Source: a virus (Duplodnaviria > Caudoviricetes). From it: a DNA stretch of 24,413 nt. Shown piece after piece: positions 16,907 to 24,413 of the stretch. Position 1 is the stretch's first letter. Every line of letters begins with the position of its first letter. The stretch is taken from positions 1-24,413 of IMG/VR virus record IMGVR_UViG_3300025296_000125, one strand, 5' to 3'. Below the pieces are notes generated by a model. That model did not search any database, had not been told where the DNA came from, and worked only from the letters and a program-made list of their open reading frames with translations. The translations under genes were made by a program, and so were the position numbers.

Positions 16907-17421
16907 TGCCCTTAAATATTCGATCACCGCTTTGGGCAGATACACACGAACTTTGGAGTTCTATAACAGGAACAACATTTGCAACTGGTACTGATGATTC
17001 AGATAGTTATGTAAATGTAGTTTATGATAACGTAATCGAATCCCTACAAGATATAATAAATACAGAATTTAAAATTCCCATATTTGACGAACATCGTGGG
17101 AATCAATCGTTTGTGATTGATCCAAACGAAGATACACTAATTGAATATTTTGCATCTGGACAGACAAGGAATTATGATGTAGATATTATCTATACATTAA
17201 TACGCGGCGGGGGATGGAAAAGTGTCAAGACACAATTAACAAGCACCGCTGAACATTTGAAAAGATTAATACATAACAATTCTCATTATTCGCCGTCTGG
17301 TATTTACAAATATCACGATGGGCGGGTTGAAACTGTCGCATACGAACAGGATGAAGATGATCTGGATGTATGGAGAGCAAATGTTTCATTTAACTGTACC
17401 GTAATGGAGATATTTACATGA
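16906..17421 (+). CDS. Putative tail completion/terminator protein
   Basis: 171 aa, acidic, located before the tail tube gene. Confidence 0.5.
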   Translation: MPLNIRSPLWADTHELWSSITGTTFATGTDDSDSYVNVVYDNVIESLQDIINTEFKIPIFDEHRGNQSFVIDPNEDTLIEYFASGQTRNYDVDIIYTLIRGGGWKSVKTQLTSTAEHLKRLIHNNSHYSPSGIYKYHDGRVETVAYEQDEDDLDVWRANVSFNCTVMEIFT

Positions 17422-17594
17422 GATATAAAATAAGTAAAAAAATTACATCGTTCTCTGCTATGGATGATTGGCAAGGTCTTGGTAAAGAAACTGCTGAAAA
17501 ATTAGAAAATGGAGAAGATGTTGAAATTAAGAATCCCCCTAAACATTTGGTTGAAGGTGGATACATCGAAAAAACACAAAAAGGAAAAAAATAA
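17418..17594 (+). CDS. Small hypothetical protein (not in ORF track)
   Basis: GGAG RBS and ATGA overlap; MRYKISKKITSFSAMDDWQGLGKETAEKLENGEDVEI..., 58 aa. Confidence 0.65.
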   Translation: MRYKISKKITSFSAMDDWQGLGKETAEKLENGEDVEIKNPPKHLVEGGYIEKTQKGKK

Positions 17595-18584
17595 ATGGCA
17601 AGTTTAGACAAGACAGTCTATTCCGGAAAGCAATTTGAATCTTATGTTTCGCTGCAATCAGATGCTTTAGGGACGAATGATGTATCCGGAACGCTGTATA
17701 AAATAAGGACACCTGAAGTTAATGATATTGACACTTCTGCCGGTTCTGCTTTTGCAGATGTGGAAAGATCGGGACAAAGAGTTTTACGACCTACGGATCA
17801 TATCGCAGTTTACAAGGGCGGAACATTCACCTGGTCTTTTGATAATTATGCGGTCGAGAGTGAAGCGGCTTTACAATTATTAATTCAGTTAGCGACAGAA
17901 GATGATTCACCCGCAGCAACGGCAGCAATTACGGGCAATCAAGGAACAGTTGTTTATGAGGAAGGTGCATCGACAGGCGAATATGCTTGTGTTGTTATTT
18001 CTTCGCCGGATGCGGATGAAGATAAATTAATGTTTTCTTCAATATTGGAAGAATTGACATTAACGCTTGATCCAACCGTGAACGGGGGAAGATTGACGGC
18101 ATCGGGTAGATTCTGGTCTGGCTATCAACCCGTAATCGGAACAGAAGGGACTTCAGCAAACGCAACATCGGTTGATTGGACTAAAGGATTTTTTGACTGT
18201 ACGACAATGAGTATTGGCGGTGATGACGTAGTGTTAAGCAAATTCGATGTAACAATATCTAATCCCGCAACGCGAGTCGGATATTCAACGGTCAATTCTA
18301 TTACACATGAACCTTCTGCATATATGCGGGGCGGACAGATTTCCGTAACCGGGAATGTGAGTGCGAAATTAGATGATAACGTAACTGATACAATAGATGA
18401 TTTCAGGGATGGGAATTCTGTTAATATCAGTATCGGGGACGGATCAGCGATTGACTTCGATATTCCAACGGCAAAATATACAGGATATACACATACGAGT
18501 ACAGATAGTGGCGTATTCATCGACCTTCCTTTTATGGGAACGGCAGACGGATCGGGTGCGCTAATTACAATAATCGCAACTTAA
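17595..18584 (+). CDS. Major tail (tube) protein
   Basis: 329 aa, acidic and beta-rich (FDVTISNP..R, VTGNVSAK, FDIPTAKY); lies upstream of the chaperone and tape measure genes. Confidence 0.75.
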   Translation: MASLDKTVYSGKQFESYVSLQSDALGTNDVSGTLYKIRTPEVNDIDTSAGSAFADVERSGQRVLRPTDHIAVYKGGTFTWSFDNYAVESEAALQLLIQLATEDDSPAATAAITGNQGTVVYEEGASTGEYACVVISSPDADEDKLMFSSILEELTLTLDPTVNGGRLTASGRFWSGYQPVIGTEGTSANATSVDWTKGFFDCTTMSIGGDDVVLSKFDVTISNPATRVGYSTVNSITHEPSAYMRGGQISVTGNVSAKLDDNVTDTIDDFRDGNSVNISIGDGSAIDFDIPTAKYTGYTHTSTDSGVFIDLPFMGTADGSGALITIIAT

Positions 18585-18601
18585 TTAAATCGGGAGGTTA
18601 A

Positions 18602-18874
18602 ATGGTTGTTAAAGTTGGTAAAAAAGAATGGGATGTAAATGATTGCACATACGCAGAACGGCGAGAGTTACACAAACTCAACGCAAAAGTCTGGTGGGAT
18701 GGCAAAATGGAAGTGGAATTATATTACAATGTCTTGGAAAAAGTGGGCGAGATCGCCGGACTTGGAGAAAACGACTTCAAAGATATGGGTATGCCGGAAG
18801 TCGATTCAGTTCTTCAGGCGGTTTTTCTTGAATATCTGGGACTTGAACCGTCAAAAAAAGATTCCGGGGGTTGA
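18602..18874 (+). CDS. Tail assembly chaperone (gpG-like)
   Basis: GGAGG RBS; lies between tail tube and tape measure genes; slippery A AAA AAA near the 3' end. Confidence 0.75.
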   Translation: MVVKVGKKEWDVNDCTYAERRELHKLNAKVWWDGKMEVELYYNVLEKVGEIAGLGENDFKDMGMPEVDSVLQAVFLEYLGLEPSKKDSGG

Positions 18875-19275
18875 GCCTTGCGGTTTGGTGTTGGCAGTTT
18901 GGGATGCCAGAACCGCGTGATGTTTATAGATGCCTCCCCTATACTGTGGTCCGACTCCCGGTTACTTACAAGCATGATCCGGTGCGAGTGCAAACAAAAG
19001 AAGATATATGGAACATCATAGATGAAATATGCAAACCAAGTGAAAAGTTTACCGATGGTCAAGCCTTGTTTCACATGGTCCCGTTCTTTGCAGACTGCAA
19101 TCAAATTGTCGAACCCTGGATGATGGAAATGATAAACGAATTTAATTACGTTACGCGGTTTAATATATCGCTTGGGAATCTGGATGATATTTCGGCACAT
19201 CGTTTGGATTGTTTTTCAATTATTGATATGGAAATAAATGCCTGTATGAATTTTAAATCGGAACAAAATAACTAA
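18859..19275 (+). CDS. gpT-like extension reached by -1 frameshift (gpGT)
   Basis: The -1 frame after TCA AAA AAA (18851-59) reads RFRGLSLAVWCWQFG... through to 19275. Confidence 0.7.
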   Translation, partial: RFRGLSLAVWCWQFGMPEPRDVYRCLPYTVVRLPVTYKHDPVRVQTKEDIWNIIDEICKPSEKFTDGQALFHMVPFFADCNQIVEPWMMEMINEFNYVTRFNISLGNLDDISAHRLDCFSIIDMEINACMNFKSEQNN

Positions 19276-20717
19276 TGGCAAATATTAAAGACCTTTTTAT
19301 TAAACTTCGTCTAATTGGTGGCAAGAAAACAAAAGATGATTTAAAGGGTGTTGATAAAGGACTGAAATCTGTCGGAAAATCTGCCCTTAAAGTTGGGGCA
19401 TCCTTTTTTGCTGCAAGAGGTTTAATTACTGGACTGACTCGTTCTATTGAACTTGCGGGAAGATTTGAAAAAGTAGAAAGAGGATTCAGTAATCTTGCGA
19501 AAGCATCAGGTTTTTCTTCTCAATCATTAGGAAAATTGCAAAAAGCAACGGATGGCACAATGTCGTCAATGCAATTAATGACACAGGCTAACAATGCGAT
19601 GCTTTTGGGAATTGTTGATTCCGAAGATCAAATGGCAGAACTATTTGATATTTCACAAAGACTTGCTTCATCCCTGGGAAAAGATACGACTTTCGGGATC
19701 GAATCAATGGTTACTGGTCTTGGTCGGCAATCAAAGTTAATGTTGGACAATCTTGGTATAATGGTTGATACTAACAAGGCATACAAAGACCATGCAAAGG
19801 CACTTGGCGTTACGGTTGGACAATTATCAGATCAACAAAAGAAACAAGGCTTCGTAAATGCTGCGATGGTACAGGCGAATATGTTAGTTTCAAAATTAGG
19901 AATCGAAACAATGACATCTGCCGATCATATAGACCGGATGAAAGTTGCCCTTGAAGAATCCGCCATTGAATTGGGAACAACTTTTTCTGGGGCTGTTGAA
20001 ACGGCAGCGGATTCATTGGTTAGGCTTTTAAAGTTTACACAAGACGCAATAAAACAATTTGGATTTTTAACCTTGCCAAAAGAATCAAGAGAGTTTGTTA
20101 AGCAAATGGCGATTGATGCAAGGACGGTAATTGAAGAAGGAAATATTGATATAATCCAACAACAAATTGCTTCAATTTCAAACATATTAGAAAAGTTCCC
20201 AAGAACCGGGGAAATATTATCACCAGTATTAGCGGAATTACAAAAGACGGCTCAAAGTTTAAAGGAAACAACACAGGGCGCAGAAAATATTGCGAATACG
20301 ATTTCCTTATCTGCAAAAGCATCTGAAAACCTGGCGAAGTTTACCGCGCAAACATCGACATCATTGATGGTTTCCGCCGCAATGGGTGATAGTGTGGCAG
20401 ATGCGTTTAAAAGAGCATTGTTTCAGCAAGTTTTAATTACGGCTCAATTAAAAATACAAGAAGCCATTCAAGAAAAAATGAAAGGGATGCAAGTTCTTGC
20501 CGGTGGTACTGGTGGCTTTTTAATGGGAGTTGCTAATTTTCTTTTCGGTGCATCACCTACTCGGACCGCACCAAGTGCGGGAATGGCATCTGCCAGTAAA
20601 ATTACAATCAATCAAAACTTCGGCGGTATGGGTGTTATCGACCATAATTTTGCCGCCAACAGTATTATTCCCGCCATAAATAAAGCGATTTCGACAGGAC
20701 AGGCGAGGATTGGGTAA
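19275..20717 (+). CDS. Tape measure protein (short, 480 aa)
   Basis: Ala/Leu/Gln-rich helical protein with LQKATDGTMS and GLGRQSKLMLDNLGI segments typical of tape measure proteins; position after G/GT. Confidence 0.85.
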   Translation: MANIKDLFIKLRLIGGKKTKDDLKGVDKGLKSVGKSALKVGASFFAARGLITGLTRSIELAGRFEKVERGFSNLAKASGFSSQSLGKLQKATDGTMSSMQLMTQANNAMLLGIVDSEDQMAELFDISQRLASSLGKDTTFGIESMVTGLGRQSKLMLDNLGIMVDTNKAYKDHAKALGVTVGQLSDQQKKQGFVNAAMVQANMLVSKLGIETMTSADHIDRMKVALEESAIELGTTFSGAVETAADSLVRLLKFTQDAIKQFGFLTLPKESREFVKQMAIDARTVIEEGNIDIIQQQIASISNILEKFPRTGEILSPVLAELQKTAQSLKETTQGAENIANTISLSAKASENLAKFTAQTSTSLMVSAAMGDSVADAFKRALFQQVLITAQLKIQEAIQEKMKGMQVLAGGTGGFLMGVANFLFGASPTRTAPSAGMASASKITINQNFGGMGVIDHNFAANSIIPAINKAISTGQARIG

Positions 20718-23213
20718 ATGCTCTCATTCGATACTGCGCTTACCAACGCCTTAAAAAATAGAAATACAACGGCGTTTTGGGTTCTTAAACTATATTACAA
20801 CGATGAATCTGCGTTCATAGGTGTAAGCGACCGCCATCGACAAGACGGAACTGATATTTATTATGGCATTGTGGCTTCATTTGGGAATTTTCGGCAGTCT
20901 TTAAATTTTTTTAATTTTACAACTTCAATCGGGAATATCGGAGTAACACTTATCAATACTGAAAAGTGTATCCAGGGCGATCGTTTTTCCGATCTTCTTT
21001 CCAGTTACAACTTCTCAAACCGCAAGTGGGAATTGTTTTTAAATACAAACGAAACATCCACTTTAGATACTGCCGCCCGAATGATTGGATCGGGTGTAAT
21101 CAGCGGTGAAATCTCATACGATGAAAATAATGTTACTTTAACTTTATTCGATTACAGTTCAAAATATCATAAACGCGTTCCTGTTAATACTGTCGATTCA
21201 TCTACATATGCAAATGCACCGGCGAATAATGTGGGGAAACCGATTCCAATGGCTTACGGGGATTTCCATGCAAAGACAGATATTGGAACGATTCCAACTT
21301 CACACTTTGATCGTTTTTACAATTTTTACAAAGGCGCATTCCCCGCAATCATAGCCGATGAATGGGACGTGCAAGAAGAAGGTTCTGAAGCATTAGCCGA
21401 CAGTCAAGCAATCAATACAATGGATGATGAAAATGTCTATATATATAAAAACGGACATTATCCAACTCTAACGGCGGCAAATGTCGATGTAACTGGTAAT
21501 CCTGAAATCGAATACAAGGGAAGCACGGCTTCGGTGTATATTCCATTAAGTTCTTCAAATCAAGCATCTGCATCTGGTGATGGTACGGGACAAGTACAAA
21601 ACGCAACAAATGCCGTTGATGGGGATTTTGGTTCTGTTTCTCTATTTAAAGCAGACGGGGCGAGTGCATCAAATTCAAACATTGCCATTAATTATGCAAT
21701 TCCAAAGGTTAATAAGCTTGGCGATTATACAGGAATTTCTTCATTAATTAAATTTGGAACATCAACAATAGCGACTGATGCAGATTCAGATGATTATTTT
21801 AGAATCGGCGGTTCGGTATCCTTAACTTCAATTACTGCCGCATCTGAAGTAAAAACAAGTATTTCTTCATTATTTACAACCGCGAACCAAGAAGGTTTTG
21901 ATTTTGAAAAAACATTAGAATATAAATTATTTTCTGGAACTTCTGATGAATCGTTGCAAATATATGAATCGGGAATTGTGATTGATTTTAATATTGAAGA
22001 CATAGAAACACACGTTGAAGAAATCATTGAAACTTCGCCGATTACACAAATAGTTTCCCCAATATTAGGACCGCCGGTTTTGCTCAATATTGGTTATCAT
22101 GAAACTATACTAAAAACATCACAATTTGCACCTTCTAAAATTGATTATGTTTATTATTCTGGAAAAGGCAGACAATACGGCGCGTACATAGATGCTGATG
22201 ATAGAGGAAATAGTGAAAGCGGCGATAATGGATATGCCACAAATGCCTTAATTGAAAACCCGGTTTATATTATTGAAAGTATTTTACGATCTGAATTAGG
22301 TGTTCTTTATTCGGGATCGGCAACAGGCACGACTTCAAATAAATTAGTGGATTCTGGTGCATCGTTTGCTACAAGTATTGTTGGACAGACTGTTTATAAT
22401 CTAACCGACAAAACAAGCGCAATGGTTACGGCAAGAGATAGCGGAACGACATTAAGTATTGATGCGAATATTATGGCAAGTGGTGAAGGTTATATTATCA
22501 GCGGATTAACTTCAGATGAAATCGATTATGCCACTTTTGATACTTCTGGAAATACAAGTAGTGGATACCTGGGCGACATATATGAAGATGCGGTCGGTGA
22601 TATAAAATTTGCTTTTTCACAATACAAGTTTATTAATTCAAAAGATTTAATTAACCGATTGGCTCAATTATGTTTATCTTATATCTATATCGGTGGGGAT
22701 GGAAAATTTAAGATCAAGACGTTACGCCGGACCGGTGATTATTCTTCATCAGATCAAACAGTTAATTTTCGTGATATTACTTTAGATAAGATCGGGAAAA
22801 CATCGCTTGGAAATATTAAAAATTCTATTGTTGTAAAATACAATCACGATTATGGGGCAAAACAAAATCTTTCAGAAGCAACCGCAACCGATTCAACTTC
22901 ACAGGGAACGACAGTAAACGGCTATAACCAAACTACGAAACTTGAAATCGATGCGAATGAAGTATTGGATTCAACAACTGCAACGAAACTGGCAGAAGCA
23001 TATTTGGAAGTAATGAAAGATAGAAAAAATACAGTTGATTTTAGTTGTATGAGTCCAAAATATAATCACTTGGAAATCGGGGACATAATAGATTTTAGTA
23101 ATTGGGATGCGGGTTTAAAAATTTATGGCAGCGCAATGGCGGGTTATTTTATCGTTTCAGATATTACTAAACGGGTTAACGGCTGCTCAATTAAAGCAAT
23201 AAAGGTATCATAA
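20718..23213 (+). CDS. Tail tip/baseplate hub-like protein
   Basis: 831 aa with GKPIPMAYGDF, NPVYIIESIL and HLEIGDIIDF motifs common in tail-tip proteins. Confidence 0.7.
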   Translation: MLSFDTALTNALKNRNTTAFWVLKLYYNDESAFIGVSDRHRQDGTDIYYGIVASFGNFRQSLNFFNFTTSIGNIGVTLINTEKCIQGDRFSDLLSSYNFSNRKWELFLNTNETSTLDTAARMIGSGVISGEISYDENNVTLTLFDYSSKYHKRVPVNTVDSSTYANAPANNVGKPIPMAYGDFHAKTDIGTIPTSHFDRFYNFYKGAFPAIIADEWDVQEEGSEALADSQAINTMDDENVYIYKNGHYPTLTAANVDVTGNPEIEYKGSTASVYIPLSSSNQASASGDGTGQVQNATNAVDGDFGSVSLFKADGASASNSNIAINYAIPKVNKLGDYTGISSLIKFGTSTIATDADSDDYFRIGGSVSLTSITAASEVKTSISSLFTTANQEGFDFEKTLEYKLFSGTSDESLQIYESGIVIDFNIEDIETHVEEIIETSPITQIVSPILGPPVLLNIGYHETILKTSQFAPSKIDYVYYSGKGRQYGAYIDADDRGNSESGDNGYATNALIENPVYIIESILRSELGVLYSGSATGTTSNKLVDSGASFATSIVGQTVYNLTDKTSAMVTARDSGTTLSIDANIMASGEGYIISGLTSDEIDYATFDTSGNTSSGYLGDIYEDAVGDIKFAFSQYKFINSKDLINRLAQLCLSYIYIGGDGKFKIKTLRRTGDYSSSDQTVNFRDITLDKIGKTSLGNIKNSIVVKYNHDYGAKQNLSEATATDSTSQGTTVNGYNQTTKLEIDANEVLDSTTATKLAEAYLEVMKDRKNTVDFSCMSPKYNHLEIGDIIDFSNWDAGLKIYGSAMAGYFIVSDITKRVNGCSIKAIKVS

Positions 23214-24247
23214 TGGCAAATATGAATATTAGAACGCCACGATTTTATACGGATCAAATTTCGTATCTAATGTCCAGAGGTTTAGCACAAAATGGAAATT
23301 TTGATGTAAAAGCAACCGGTGGTTCTGGCACAAGCGCAAGTCGAGGAATACAAACGGGAACAGAAGCAGAATTATTTGACATGAATCCATTAAATAAGGT
23401 GGATTTTGACACTTCAGGTGATCCAGATAGCCAAGTTTTAATTACAATAGATACACAAAGCACATCAACCGTAAAATCTTTTGTAGCAATTTTAAATCAT
23501 AATACAGATGCGGCAGATGCAAAAATAAGAATTAATGCAAGTAATACAGAATCTCACGTTACAACCGTTGATATGGGAAGTGCTACTTTATCTCCAAGTT
23601 GTACTAACGTGGTAAATGGGGCAGCATCAACCAATATCATTACACCAGGTGCTGACGGAAGCACAATAGTTACCTTTGCAGAGTCAGCATTGCGATATTG
23701 GGGAATCCAATTTGAAGGCGATGGCGGTAATGAATTTGGATCGACTGATTTATTTGTGGGAAGTATCTTAATTGGAGAATATTTTGATATGCCACACGCA
23801 CCCGATTTGAATGTAACCCGGATGATTTCTTATAACAGAATGAACGATTTACAAGAATCAAACGGTGGACAACGATTCAGTAATTTAAAGACCTTTGGAA
23901 GAACTGCATCAAGTACATCCAAATCGCCGTTCACAACTGCTTCCAACGGATATGATTCTTATGGTGGACGAATTATTTATGATATGAACTTTAGTTTTTT
24001 AAGTGCGGCTAATATGATGCCAGACGAATATCGTACTATTTCAGCGGATGATAATTTTGTTTCCGATGTTTGGAATATGACTAACGGCAATCATCTTCCA
24101 TTTATCTTTTCGATTGATTCTGGATCGGAAGGTGCGGATGCGGAGTCGGAACATATCTTTGCCAGATTCGCAAACAATTCTTTAGACATGGCACAAGTCG
24201 CCCCGGACTTATACAATATATCTTTAACCGTTGAAGAAGAATTTTAA
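23213..24247 (+). CDS. Tail protein (possibly distal-tail-like)
   Basis: 344 aa, TAATG-coupled, ending YNISLTVEEEF. Confidence 0.6.
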   Translation: MANMNIRTPRFYTDQISYLMSRGLAQNGNFDVKATGGSGTSASRGIQTGTEAELFDMNPLNKVDFDTSGDPDSQVLITIDTQSTSTVKSFVAILNHNTDAADAKIRINASNTESHVTTVDMGSATLSPSCTNVVNGAASTNIITPGADGSTIVTFAESALRYWGIQFEGDGGNEFGSTDLFVGSILIGEYFDMPHAPDLNVTRMISYNRMNDLQESNGGQRFSNLKTFGRTASSTSKSPFTTASNGYDSYGGRIIYDMNFSFLSAANMMPDEYRTISADDNFVSDVWNMTNGNHLPFIFSIDSGSEGADAESEHIFARFANNSLDMAQVAPDLYNISLTVEEEF

Positions 24248-24413
24248 TGAATCAGAAATTCGGAAATCTATATGCGACACTTTTAGTCTTATTAATGATT
24301 GGTGCTTTGTCTGGTCAATCTGACACGCTAACATTTAAGGTCAAGGGTTTAGTTTGTAGTTTTTGCGCACACGGACTAAACAAAGGAATTGGTAAACTAC
24401 CATTTACAGATGA
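24247..24413 (+). CDS. Secreted heavy-metal-associated (HMA; MerP/CopZ-like) protein, truncated by the window edge
   Basis: MNQKFGNLYATLLVLLMIGALSG (signal-like) followed by QSDTLTFKVKGLVCSFCAHGLNKGIGKLP, matching the HMA GxxCxxC motif. Confidence 0.7.
   Translation, partial: MNQKFGNLYATLLVLLMIGALSGQSDTLTFKVKGLVCSFCAHGLNKGIGKLPFTD

Noticed and set aside
119-23861. Minus-strand ORFs in the track (e.g. 5004-5438, 12795-13202, 15329-15826, 18125-18520)
   Set aside because: All lie antisense to well-supported + strand genes and have no recognisable motifs, so they are treated as shadow ORFs.

Overview
This is an AT-rich tailed-phage (siphovirus-like) genome segment with essentially all genes on the + strand. 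It begins with an early/middle block (C5 DNA methyltransferase, NinG-like nuclease, ParB-like protein, DEDD/RNase H-like exonuclease, HTH regulator). A complete morphogenesis operon follows: terminase, portal, scaffold, capsid, fibre, lysis genes, head-tail joining, tail tube, frameshifted chaperone, tape measure and tail-tip genes. The main result is that the major capsid gene (9993-11380) is split by two compact, ORF-less group I introns (10374-10619 and 10692-10927) flanking a 72-nt middle exon. Both show P1 with a U.G pair at the 5' splice site, P3, P7 and a terminal G, and splicing restores a 301-aa capsid protein. Other notable items are a methyltransferase whose motif IX lies in an overlapping reading frame, a covarying RNA stem-loop motif repeated before two structural genes, a structured leader upstream of the terminase, and a secreted heavy-metal-binding (HMA) gene coupled to the last tail gene. 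All calls come from reading the sequence by eye; no searches or folding programs were run.
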